DNA of 64,000 bases from an uncultured Methanosarcinaceae archaeon (GTDB lineage Archaea; Halobacteriota; Methanosarcinia; Methanosarcinales; Methanosarcinaceae). The stretch lies in the NCBI GenBank assembly GCA_963833425.1, contig CAWHXP010000002.1, positions 320,001 to 384,000 on the forward strand, in the 5' to 3' direction. The notes under the pieces were generated by a model. That model made no database searches and was not told where the DNA came from. It saw only the letters and a list, made by a program, of their open reading frames with translations. A program made the position numbers and the translations under genes. Below, one piece after another: positions 11,126 through 20,833 of the stretch. Positions within the stretch are counted from its first letter, which is position 1; every line of letters starts with the position of its first letter.

Positions 11126-12139
11126 ATGCTCTGCCGACAAAAAATTGCAGGCAATCATAAATGTGGACCATATATGAGGTATTTTATGAGAACTAGACAG
11201 AGGGACGTGCACAACATACCAAAAAGGGGGATGTCAATAAGCTGTGAGGAGCTCGAGACTCTCAAGAAATCTATCAAGGTTTCAGTTCTCAACGAACTAC
11301 GAGTCGAAATGGGAAAAACTTCCGATCAGGACTCCTTAACGGATATAGTACTTTCCAACATCAAAACTGAATTGATGGAAATTCCTAGTCCTGCATTACT
11401 CAAGGCTTCCATCCTCAATGATTTGAAAATGGAATTGAATGCTTCCGAAAATAATTTTGGGGCAATTGATCGACGGCTAAGGGAACTAGCTGGAGTTCAA
11501 GATGGTCTCATTCGAGAATTACTTGACCAAAAAATGATTATGAAAAAAATGAGAACTGAGATCGAAAATCTCACTAAAAAACTGGAGAATATGGAAAGTA
11601 CTACTCTTGCACCCTCCTCTCCTGTTTTCCTTACCTCGCTTGAAGATCCTCTCGATACCTCTTCTCTTTCCAGAAAGTTAAGACACAATTCCGAACTCAA
11701 AAAAGAAACTCCTACAGATGGAATGATTAATTTTGGAGAAGCTTCTACCCATCTACCAGGTACCAATGCAAAAGTTCAGTTAAAGCTTAAAGAGATAAAA
11801 CCAAATGAATTTGATAAAGAAAAAATTGAACCAAAATGTGAGTATATTATTGCCGAGAGTGGGGATAAAAGACTATATAAAGGTAATATAAAACAGCAGC
11901 TCTCGATGAAAGTGGAGCCCGTAAGACAACAATCTACCAAAAATATATCCACTATGAAACAGAATACCCCTGAAAAGGTAGATCTAATAAGAGCCAGACC
12001 TGCATCTGATTATAAGTGTGAATATATAATTGCTGAAAAGGCTCCAAAAAAGCATTTAGTAGAAGAGTCTGTGGAAGCGAGGGAAAAAGAAGACGCAGAA
12101 CTTATCACCTGTAACCGGAAAAATCCAAGAGCATATTGA
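11126..12139 (+). CDS. Hypothetical protein upstream of smc (coiled coil plus twice-repeated KCEYIIAE motif)
   Basis: 337-aa ORF; true start probably later. Ends about 50 nt before the likely smc start. Confidence 0.75.
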   Translation: MLCRQKIAGNHKCGPYMRYFMRTRQRDVHNIPKRGMSISCEELETLKKSIKVSVLNELRVEMGKTSDQDSLTDIVLSNIKTELMEIPSPALLKASILNDLKMELNASENNFGAIDRRLRELAGVQDGLIRELLDQKMIMKKMRTEIENLTKKLENMESTTLAPSSPVFLTSLEDPLDTSSLSRKLRHNSELKKETPTDGMINFGEASTHLPGTNAKVQLKLKEIKPNEFDKEKIEPKCEYIIAESGDKRLYKGNIKQQLSMKVEPVRQQSTKNISTMKQNTPEKVDLIRARPASDYKCEYIIAEKAPKKHLVEESVEAREKEDAELITCNRKNPRAY

Positions 12140-12189
12140 GGCCTAAAAAACAGAAACTTCCTCAAAAACGCAAATTAAAGAGGCATTCT

Positions 12190-15100
12190 GTGTACATAAA
12201 AGAGATTGAATTCGTTAATTTCAAATCCTTCGGAAAAAAAGTAAAGATTTCCTTTTACAACGACTTTACCACAATTTCCGGTCCGAATGGTAGTGGGAAA
12301 TCAAATATAATAGATGGGATTCTCTTCGCACTAGGGCTTACAAGTTCTAGGACTCTTCGAGCCGAAAAACTCACTGATCTTATTTACAACGGTGAAGAAG
12401 CAAAAAGACCTGATTACGCCCAAGTTACGATCCGTTTTGACAATTCCGACCGCAAGCTACCTCTGGAACTTGACGAAGTTGAGATCTCAAGAAAGATCCG
12501 GCGGACTAAAAACGGATACTATAGCTACTTTTACTTCAATGGAAGAACTGTAAACCTTGGAGAAATACATTTTCAGCTCGCAAAAGCCGGTGTGACTCCT
12601 GAGGGTTATAATGTGGTAATGCAAGGGGATGTCACACAGATTATCTCCATGACCTCTGTAGAACGGCGAAAGATTATCGACGAAATTGCAGGGGTTACTG
12701 AATTTGAAGAGCGCAAGCAAAAGTCTTTAGGAGAACTGGAAGTTGTCAGGCAGCAAATAGAACGTGTTGATATAATTTTAGAGGAAGTAAGAGTTCAACT
12801 TGAAAAATTGACCGAAGAGCGCGATCAGGCCTTAAAATACCAGGCACTTAAGGCTGAAAAAGTTAACTTTGAGGGCTACATTCTGCTTTCTAAACTAAAG
12901 GATGCAAGAATCGAACTGAATAACGTAGATCACGAGATTGCCAGAAAAGGAGAACATCTTGAAAAAGTACAAGCTTTGCTAAACGAGCGAACACAGGAAA
13001 TCCAAGTTCTTGAAGAGACTCTTGAAAAAATGTCTCTCGAAATCCGCAAAAAAGGGGAAGATGAACAACTCCAGATCAAGAGAGAAATAGAAGAGATCAA
13101 GGGAGAAATTTCACGCTGCATAGATAGCATTGAGCTTTCGGAATCTGAACTTGAGGACGCTGACTCGCGACGTAGGAAAGCCTTTATTGATATTGACTCA
13201 AACAAGAACAAGATCAGAGAACTTGAAGAAAAAATCGAAGTTGAAAACCTGAGAAAGGATAGTATATCATCAGAGCTTTCCGAGCGCAAAAAAGAGTGCA
13301 TATTACTACACAGCAGGATTGCTGAGGTGGATACAAAATTTGCCGTGACAAGAGATGAGCTCATGGCTACCAGACGGGAGCTTGAGAGTGTAAAGAATGA
13401 AAGGAATGAGCTCATCCGAACTGAGGACAGACTTTTAGATACTCTCAGGAGAAGATCTTCGGAACTTAGGGAGATAGAAACACAGATCCTAGATGCAGAA
13501 GCAGCAGTCTCTAACTGCGATAGCGACACACTTTCTGTTCAGTACGAAATCGAAAAGCTTTCTAAAAATATAGAAGCCCTTATAAAAGATAATAACGATA
13601 TCGAGGGCAGTCATTTCAGAATCAAAGAAGATGTCAGGATACTCGAAAGCAAGCTTCACAGCCTGCAACAAGAATATGCAATTACTGAAGCGAGGATCAG
13701 GGCATCTGAACAAGGAGGAAGCTATTCCAAAGCTGTTGAAATGGTGATCGGAGCTTTTATGCAGGAGGAGCTTTTCGGAATCCATGGTACCATTGCACAG
13801 CTGGGGAAAGTGGACAGGCGGTACGCAACAGCTCTAGAAATTGCCGCAGGAAATAGAATGCAAGCAATTGTTGTAGACACTGATGCCGATGCCGCTGAAG
13901 CAATCGAATACTTAAAGCGCAGAAAAGGAGGACGAGTCACCTTTCTTCCACTCAACAAAATGAAAAAATCTAGACATCTTGAAAATCTTAGTTATGAAAA
14001 TGGTCTAATAGGATACGCAATTGATCTTCTCGAATTTGACCCCCTTTTTGAACCTGCATTCTGGTATGTTTTTCAGGATACACTTGTGATGGAAAATTTA
14101 GCAAGTGCTCGTCAATTCATGGGAAAGGCAAGAATAGTAACCCTTGAAGGGGAACTCCTGGAAAAGAGCGGTGCAATGGTAGGAGGTTTTCTTTCTTCAA
14201 AGTCAGGAATTACTTTTGAGGCTGCTGAAAAAGATAAACTTATTGAGCTTGCAGATGAGATAAATTCTTTAGATACTAGCCGGACTGCAGCTATAATCAA
14301 ACAGGATAACATTGAAAATCATCTTTTTGAATTGAGCCGAAAAATTAGGGACTGTGAGGTTACGATTTTGCGAAAGGAACATCAGCTTGAGGAAATCGCA
14401 GGCAGAGGGGCCAAGCTTGCAGAACTTCTGGAAACTAAGCAAACAGATCTTAAAGCAATCGAGAACTCAAGGACTGAACTCCGGGTTGAGATGGACAACA
14501 TTATTGCAGAAAAAAGCGAAAAAGAAAAAACTACAGCTGAAATTGAAGCACATATTTCTGAACTTGAGGCAAAACTTGCTGATTCCCCTCTACCTGAGAT
14601 CAATAAAAAATTGGAATCCGTTGACCAGGAATTAAAGAGGCTTGAAAGTAGAATCTGGGATATTGAGACTAATCTGAATGCTTTGAAGCTTGAAAAAGAA
14701 TACGTTGAACAAAAAATTGCCGACGCGAAGGAACTCATTGGGGATCTTGATGAAAAAAAAGACTTAAAGCTTAAAAAAGTTGACTCTCTAAAGGTAAAAA
14801 TAAAGGAATTTAAGGAAAAACTCGATGAAAAGAAGACTCTGGAACTTGAGCTTTCCGATAAGCTGATAGGGCTTCAAACAGACAGAGATAATGTTAATGT
14901 GAAACACAGTACAGTGAAGCGCAGGGTTAACGTTGCTGCAAAAGCCCTTGAAAATGCAAGACAGCAGATGTTTACGCTCACAGCTACTAGAAATGCGCTT
15001 CTTGACCAAGAAAAAAAGTTCACGGAAGAAGTCCAGAGAAGAGGTATAAGGGAAACGTATGAAGTTCCAAATTACGAAACCGTTTATATGCGGATTCAAG

Positions 15101-15717
15101 CAATCGAAGAAGCTCTCAAGAGTCTTGAGCCAATAAACATGAGAGCAATTGACAAGTACGAAGAGGTAGAACTAAGGCTTTTGAATCTTCAAGAAAAGCG
15201 GGATATCCTTTCTACTGAAAGGAGGCAACTGCTTGAACGTATAGATCAGTACGAACAGCTAAAGAGAGATTCTTTTATGGAAGCATACACAATCATCAAT
15301 GCCAATTTTAAAGATATCTTTCATGAGCTTTCCGAGGGCATGGGTGAGCTCTTACTTGAAGACCATGCTAATCCTTTTGCAGGAGGCATGACCCTCCGGG
15401 CCCAGCCCAAGGAAAAAACTCTCCAGCGGATCGAATCCATGTCAGGAGGAGAAAAAAGCCTTACAGCTCTTGCATTCATTTTTGCGATCCAGCAGTACCA
15501 CCCCGCTCCTTTTTATGCCTTTGATGAAATTGATATGTTTTTGGACGGTTGGAATGTGGAGAGAGTTTCAAAGCGGATTAAATCCTCAGGATCAAAAGTT
15601 CAGTTTATCGTTGTCTCTTTACGAAAACCCATGATTCAGGCTGCAAGCAGAACAATAGGGGTCACAATGCAGGAAAATAACATTACTAGCATTACTGGAG
15701 TGAAGCTTAATGGCTGA
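12190..15717 (+). CDS. smc: Chromosome segregation protein SMC
   Basis: GTG start MYIKEIEFVNFKSF, Walker A GPNGSGKS, hinge GRVTFLPL, signature MSGGEKS, Walker B FDEID. Confidence 0.98.
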   Translation: MYIKEIEFVNFKSFGKKVKISFYNDFTTISGPNGSGKSNIIDGILFALGLTSSRTLRAEKLTDLIYNGEEAKRPDYAQVTIRFDNSDRKLPLELDEVEISRKIRRTKNGYYSYFYFNGRTVNLGEIHFQLAKAGVTPEGYNVVMQGDVTQIISMTSVERRKIIDEIAGVTEFEERKQKSLGELEVVRQQIERVDIILEEVRVQLEKLTEERDQALKYQALKAEKVNFEGYILLSKLKDARIELNNVDHEIARKGEHLEKVQALLNERTQEIQVLEETLEKMSLEIRKKGEDEQLQIKREIEEIKGEISRCIDSIELSESELEDADSRRRKAFIDIDSNKNKIRELEEKIEVENLRKDSISSELSERKKECILLHSRIAEVDTKFAVTRDELMATRRELESVKNERNELIRTEDRLLDTLRRRSSELREIETQILDAEAAVSNCDSDTLSVQYEIEKLSKNIEALIKDNNDIEGSHFRIKEDVRILESKLHSLQQEYAITEARIRASEQGGSYSKAVEMVIGAFMQEELFGIHGTIAQLGKVDRRYATALEIAAGNRMQAIVVDTDADAAEAIEYLKRRKGGRVTFLPLNKMKKSRHLENLSYENGLIGYAIDLLEFDPLFEPAFWYVFQDTLVMENLASARQFMGKARIVTLEGELLEKSGAMVGGFLSSKSGITFEAAEKDKLIELADEINSLDTSRTAAIIKQDNIENHLFELSRKIRDCEVTILRKEHQLEEIAGRGAKLAELLETKQTDLKAIENSRTELRVEMDNIIAEKSEKEKTTAEIEAHISELEAKLADSPLPEINKKLESVDQELKRLESRIWDIETNLNALKLEKEYVEQKIADAKELIGDLDEKKDLKLKKVDSLKVKIKEFKEKLDEKKTLELELSDKLIGLQTDRDNVNVKHSTVKRRVNVAAKALENARQQMFTLTATRNALLDQEKKFTEEVQRRGIRETYEVPNYETVYMRIQAIEEALKSLEPINMRAIDKYEEVELRLLNLQEKRDILSTERRQLLERIDQYEQLKRDSFMEAYTIINANFKDIFHELSEGMGELLLEDHANPFAGGMTLRAQPKEKTLQRIESMSGGEKSLTALAFIFAIQQYHPAPFYAFDEIDMFLDGWNVERVSKRIKSSGSKVQFIVVSLRKPMIQAASRTIGVTMQENNITSITGVKLNG

Positions 15718-16702
15718 AATTATGGGTAACGTGGGTGCTACACTTGAAGTTCCCAACATATCTGGTCATACTTTCTGTGAATCTGAGAAAAATAACTCTT
15801 TTTTTTTAGATTCAGAAACTTATGGACTTCCAAAGACACTTACAAGCCTTGGAATTGAATGGAATCTAATTGATATTTCTGAATTTGAGACATATGAACC
15901 CCTTGGCATACTGGTTGAGCTTGCTCAGGGTGGGAAAATAGATCCCTGGGATGTCGATATTGTACAGCTTACTGACAGCTTCCTGGGAAAGGTGGAAGAA
16001 CTCAAGAAAATGGACCTCAGAATTTCCTCACGAACACTTCTTTATTCTGCCATTCTTCTTCGTATGAAATCTTCGCGAATTCTTGAAGTAGAGGAGGAAG
16101 AGATTAACGAATTTGATTCTGATTTTGTCGACGAGCTAAATTTGCCTGAACCTGAATACTTTCCTCTTCCGAAGCTTCCGATCCGCCGCATCTCGACTAG
16201 GCCGGTTACACTCAATGAATTGATGTTTGAACTCAAGAAAGCAGAGAAAACAATTACCAAAAAAAATGAAAAGAGAGCTCTTAGAGCTTCGGAAGAACTT
16301 CATCTGCTCGAAGATCTCCACCCTAATACCATTGACGTCCTCGGTATCGCGCATGAAGAAGCCATTAGTTCGCGGCTGGTACTTATCTGGGCAAGTCTTT
16401 CAGAATTGTTTATGATTCAGCCTGTAGTACTTTTTTCCAGTTTCCTGGAAATAAGTGAAGATAAAATTATGGATTATCTATCTCTTCTTTTTCTTGCTTC
16501 AAGCAGAAAGATTTGGCTTTTCCAGAATGAGCTATTTGGGGAACTGTATATATATCCAGGAGAAAAATCTGGATTTTCCACTAAGAATAATCCCTCTCCA
16601 TTTAATGAGATTAAGTTGGAATCGAAAGGCGAATTTTCAAGGTATCAGATTCAGAACACTTTTAAAACAAATTTTATAAATGATGTCTTCCCGGATGAGT
16701 AA
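15710..16702 (+). CDS. scpA: Segregation and condensation protein A (kleisin)
   Basis: GKIDPWDVDIVQLTD..L and LLYSAILLRMKS; overlaps the smc stop. Confidence 0.92.
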   Translation: MAEIMGNVGATLEVPNISGHTFCESEKNNSFFLDSETYGLPKTLTSLGIEWNLIDISEFETYEPLGILVELAQGGKIDPWDVDIVQLTDSFLGKVEELKKMDLRISSRTLLYSAILLRMKSSRILEVEEEEINEFDSDFVDELNLPEPEYFPLPKLPIRRISTRPVTLNELMFELKKAEKTITKKNEKRALRASEELHLLEDLHPNTIDVLGIAHEEAISSRLVLIWASLSELFMIQPVVLFSSFLEISEDKIMDYLSLLFLASSRKIWLFQNELFGELYIYPGEKSGFSTKNNPSPFNEIKLESKGEFSRYQIQNTFKTNFINDVFPDE

Positions 16703-16820
16703 GTGGATAAATAGCCTGAAAAACAGTGTACCTTAATCATTATTTTTTTAATCGAAACATGTAAAGCCAAATTCACTTAAAGAATAAATAATCTTAGTAG
16801 TCTTTATTCCTTTTAGGGAC

Positions 16821-17945
16821 GTGAAACTTATGGGTGAATTTGAAATTATTGAAGCAGCACTTTTTGTTGCTGGCAGGGCAATAAGCCTCGAGAAGCTTAT
16901 AAAAATCAGCGGAAAACCCAAAAAAGCTGTCCTTTTGGCATTAAAGGAGCTAAAGAAAGCTTATTCCTCCAGAAGATCTGCCCTTGAGATTATAAATCTT
17001 GGAGATCGTTATGTAATGCAGGTCAAGACCGAATATGCAGAACTTATGTTCGAAGTTGCACCAAGAGAGCTCTCAGCCCCGAAACTCCGCACTCTTTCGA
17101 TGATTGCGTATCATCAGCCTTTGCTTCAGTCAGATCTTATTCATATGAGAGGTAGTGGTGCTTATGATCATATTAAAGACCTGATAAAGCGAGGATTTGT
17201 AGAATCCGTACCCTGCGGAAAGAGCAGGCAGCTTTCAACGACTTCTCTTTTTGCAGATTATTTCGGGCTTATGAATAATGATCCGAAAGCCATAAAGGAA
17301 AAAATTCTGGAACTTCTAAAATCGCAAGGTGGGCAAAGTGAGATTAACTTGTGGATTGAAAGAAGATCAGTTGCCGTGACTCCTATGTATGAATCTCTCA
17401 TGAGCATGTGTGGAATCAAAGAATACTTTGTTATTAATGCCTACTCACCTTCAAAAGAGGAGATCTCACGTTTGCTTGAGGTTGATGTGCTTGTAGTCTC
17501 AGCAGGTTATATTGATACCTTGAGACAATACTTTGATGGAGAAATCCTTGAAATTCATTCGACAACTTTTGAAGACCTTACAGAAGCAGTTTCCTTATTA
17601 TCTGAGGAACTTACTAACGAAATAGACACTGAAACAGTGGAAGATACTCTCAAGAAAATACGGGATACCAGGGAAAAGTATGTTTCTTCCTCTGTTCTCA
17701 TTGAGAAAAAAGTAAAACCAGCAACTGAAATGGTCTCAAAGATCATAAATGATCTTTCTCTTGGAGTTTCTTCAGACGGTGTGTTTATTGCTCCAGACTG
17801 CCGTGCTTTAAAGAACAATGTAAAAATAGAGAGCGGAGATCAAATTCTAATACCCACTCACCACAATATAGAGGGCAATCTCCTTGAAAGGGTATGCAAA
17901 AAATATGATTCTATTCTTGAAGGTTTGAGTAAATTTGAAAAATGA
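16821..17945 (+). CDS. scpB: Segregation and condensation protein B with C-terminal extra domain
   Basis: IIEAALFVAG, LRTLSMIAYHQP, RG..AYDHIKDL, TTSLFADYFGL; about 190 extra C-terminal residues. Confidence 0.92.
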   Translation: MKLMGEFEIIEAALFVAGRAISLEKLIKISGKPKKAVLLALKELKKAYSSRRSALEIINLGDRYVMQVKTEYAELMFEVAPRELSAPKLRTLSMIAYHQPLLQSDLIHMRGSGAYDHIKDLIKRGFVESVPCGKSRQLSTTSLFADYFGLMNNDPKAIKEKILELLKSQGGQSEINLWIERRSVAVTPMYESLMSMCGIKEYFVINAYSPSKEEISRLLEVDVLVVSAGYIDTLRQYFDGEILEIHSTTFEDLTEAVSLLSEELTNEIDTETVEDTLKKIRDTREKYVSSSVLIEKKVKPATEMVSKIINDLSLGVSSDGVFIAPDCRALKNNVKIESGDQILIPTHHNIEGNLLERVCKKYDSILEGLSKFEK

Positions 17946-18137
17946 GGCATCTAAAAACCAATGCATCTGCCATAATATTTCTTAATTTTTTATGAAAACG
18001 GGAACTTAAATTTAAATAGTTTTGCTTGATTTGTGTTCTATATATAAAGCATTTATAAACCAGACTGGGCATTTAACTATAGCTTTATATATCGGTTAGA
18101 GGATATTACTTTTGCTTTATATACCGAGGGTTGACGA

Positions 18138-18689
18138 ATGAGCGAATCTAGTATAAAGATCGAAAACGTGGTCGCATCCACCAAACTTGCTGAAGAATTT
18201 GACTTAACGGTAATAGAATCTGAGTTCGAAGGGGCTGAGTACAATAAGCAGAAGTTTCCTGGGCTCGTTTACAGGGTTTCAGATCCAAAAGCTGCATTCT
18301 TGGTCTTTACCTCTGGAAAAGTTGTCTGTACTGGAGCAAAAAATGTAGCCGATGTGCACACAGTTATAGGTAATATGGCAAAAAAATTGAACAGCATAGG
18401 AATCAAGACCCTAGAAAATCCCGATATTACTGTCCAAAATATTGTTGCTTCAGCAGACCTGCACACAATCCTGAATCTTAATGCAATTGCAATCGGGCTT
18501 GGACTTGAAAACATTGAATATGAACCCGAACAGTTTCCAGGACTTGTATACAGGATCGATGAACCCAAGGTAGTAGTTCTGATTTTCAGTTCAGGAAAAT
18601 TGGTCGTTACAGGTGGCAAATCCCCTGAAGATTGCGAAAAGGGTGTCAAAGTAGTCCGCCAGCAGCTTGACAACATGGGCCTTTTATAA
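18138..18689 (+). CDS. tbp: TATA-box binding protein
   Basis: Two TBP repeats: [26 protein letters not shown] and [31 protein letters not shown]. Confidence 0.99.
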   Translation: MSESSIKIENVVASTKLAEEFDLTVIESEFEGAEYNKQKFPGLVYRVSDPKAAFLVFTSGKVVCTGAKNVADVHTVIGNMAKKLNSIGIKTLENPDITVQNIVASADLHTILNLNAIAIGLGLENIEYEPEQFPGLVYRIDEPKVVVLIFSSGKLVVTGGKSPEDCEKGVKVVRQQLDNMGLL

Positions 18690-18821
18690 GAACCATCAAT
18701 CTATTATATTAACTGTATACCCCTTATAGGGCTCTTTTCTCGGAAAAGGAAATTATCGAAAATCTAAAATAAAATGGATTCTGCGACATGCATAGATTCA
18801 AGTAAAGGGCATGTGTGAAAC

Positions 18822-19739
18822 TTGAACAGCGTAGATGTATGTATTCTTATTCCCACTTTGAATGAAGCTGCAACAATAGGACGGGTTATCGAAGATTTCA
18901 AAAAAGAGGGTTTTTTTAATATTCTGGTGATTGACGGAGACAGCAAAGACGACACAAGTCAAATTGCGGAAGCCGAAGGAGCAAAAGTCATCATTCAGAC
19001 TGGAAAAGGTAAAGGGCAGGCAATTATCCAGGCTTTTAAGCTTATAGAGAGTCCTTATGTAGTAATGGTTGATGGGGACGGAACTTATCTAGCTCGTGAA
19101 GCTCCAGTTCTTCTCGAACCTATTCAGAGAGGAAGAGCAGACCATGTAATTGGTAATCGACTTGAAAATTATTCTTCAGGAGCTTTTACAAAACTTAACT
19201 TGATGGGCAACCGTCTGATAAACATATTTTTTGACATTGCGTACGGGGTAAATTTAAAGGATATTCTCTCAGGTTATCGTGCATTTACTCTTGAGAGTAT
19301 GAAGGAACTGGAACTTAACAAAACAGGCTTTGAAATTGAGACTGAAATTTCTGTAGAATGTATCCTTAAAAAGCAGAGGGTTGTGGAGATCCCAATTACT
19401 TACCTTCCCAGAAGCAAAGAAGGTACAACCAAGCTAAATCCGGTAAAAGACGGGTTCAGAATTGGTTCTACTATCTACAGGCTTGCAAAAGTACATAATC
19501 CAATGTTTTACTTTGGGATCATAGGCTCTTTTTTTATTCTAGCAGGCCTTATTACGGGAGCCTTTGTGATATACCAGTGGTTCCAGGGAATCACACGTGT
19601 TCCCCTTTCTGTTCTCACAGCCCTGTTCACAATATTCGGTCTGCAGATGTTTATTTTCGGCATTCTAAGTGATCTCATAGTAACCCTAAACAGGCAAATA
19701 ATTAATTTAATTCAGAAAAAAAATAAATATCAAAAGTAA
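18822..19739 (+). CDS. aglJ: GT2 glycosyltransferase, AglJ-like (dolichol-phosphate sugar transferase) with two C-terminal TM helices
   Basis: LIPTLNEA, VIDGDSKD, MVDGDGTY, DILSGYRAF, GFEIETE motifs; hydrophobic C-terminus. Confidence 0.85.
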   Translation: MNSVDVCILIPTLNEAATIGRVIEDFKKEGFFNILVIDGDSKDDTSQIAEAEGAKVIIQTGKGKGQAIIQAFKLIESPYVVMVDGDGTYLAREAPVLLEPIQRGRADHVIGNRLENYSSGAFTKLNLMGNRLINIFFDIAYGVNLKDILSGYRAFTLESMKELELNKTGFEIETEISVECILKKQRVVEIPITYLPRSKEGTTKLNPVKDGFRIGSTIYRLAKVHNPMFYFGIIGSFFILAGLITGAFVIYQWFQGITRVPLSVLTALFTIFGLQMFIFGILSDLIVTLNRQIINLIQKKNKYQK

Positions 19740-19949
19740 GGAAATGGGATCAGTTAAACATATACTTTGTATAAATATTTAGTGAGTTCTCGTTTGAAAC
19801 AGGTATGTTTGAGAAGTATTTGAGAGTTGAAAAATCATACACTACCGTAACTGAATCTTACCGCAAGGCATATCCACCCCAAAGTATAGAAAAGATCATA
19901 ACTACTTTCAAAGTGGGTAAAACTCAGATTTTTCTGCTTACAGTATTGC

Positions 19950-20330
19950 TAAAGAATTAGATGAAAAATTTCATCGAGATTAGTTACTTCGTCTTCTTTG
20001 TTTTACAAAAATTTCATATTGTTTGCTGTAATAACTCCGTCATCAAAAATAGTAAAAGAGTTTTTTGAGCCTAGTTATTATCTGATTATAAGTACCAAAA
20101 AATGCTGCTAGTCAGAACTTTGACTCAATTCACTATACCTCCAATGAATATGTTCATAAGTTTCTTGAATTTATTAGCTCCAACAGTTAGATGTAACTTG
20201 TCAGGTTTATAATCTTTACTGGTTCATACTTACCAAGTTTATGTTTAGTACCGTGGAAAACTATGCTTGCCCATCCAAATTTAAATCCGTTTCTTCGATG
20301 TCATAAACCTAAAATAGACTGATCAGAATA
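19950..20330 (-). pseudogene. IS1634-like transposase relic (catalytic region)
   Basis: Frameshifted TDLNLD..ASIVFHGTKHKLGKY..SKDYKPDKLHLTVG resembles the IS1634 GYSRDHRPD motif region. Boundaries approximate. Confidence 0.55.
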
Positions 20331-20480
20331 TAGATCATATTTCCTCTCTGTTATCCTCCAAAATTAAGCATTATATAAAAGAATTGAACATTAAGAATCT
20401 ATCAGATAGGATTCCCCATGTTATGTTACCAATTTTTCGCAGATGTACATAAAAATGCTATCTATTTTTTCAACATGAAT

Positions 20481-20670
20481 GTAGCTTAAAGATTAATTCA
20501 ACTTTAAATAAATTAGTGGGCAAATAGGCAAACAAATTCTACATCTATTCACATCTGCAAAATTTCGGTTGTTAGTAATTGTAGGGAATGTTCTCAGTTT
20601 TGAGTCGATATTAATTGAACAGAATAACAGAAGCAAAGGAACATATATTTACTCAACTGTCAAACTTAGG
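20481..20670 (+). repeat. Dispersed repeat, probably an IS1634-like element end
   Basis: TAGCTTAAA..GTGGGCAAATAGGCAAA..ACATCT also occurs at 1331-1410 and partly at 3280-3330. This copy ends in TGTCAAACTTAGG. Confidence 0.55.
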
Positions 20671-20680
20671 AATCAATGAA

Positions 20681-20760
20681 TAATGACCTATAAATCAGGA
20701 TATAACCCTATGAATTGGGATTCAACCCTATGAATGAAGATATAACTATATGATTAAGGA
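20681..20760. repeat. Four imperfect tandem 20-bp repeats
   Basis: taatgacctataaatcagga / tataaccctatgaattggga / ttcaaccctatgaatgaaga / tataactatatgattaagga. Confidence 0.8.
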
Positions 20761-20833
20761 TAATTCTCCTTCTAATCCTATTTCAAGCTAATTATTGTGA
20801 TTCGAGCTCCGAAAACCAGTAAACTTGTTAAAT

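Noticed and set aside
20681..20760. Possible mini-CRISPR array
   Set aside because: Repeats are contiguous 20-mers with no unique spacers, and there are no cas genes in the window.
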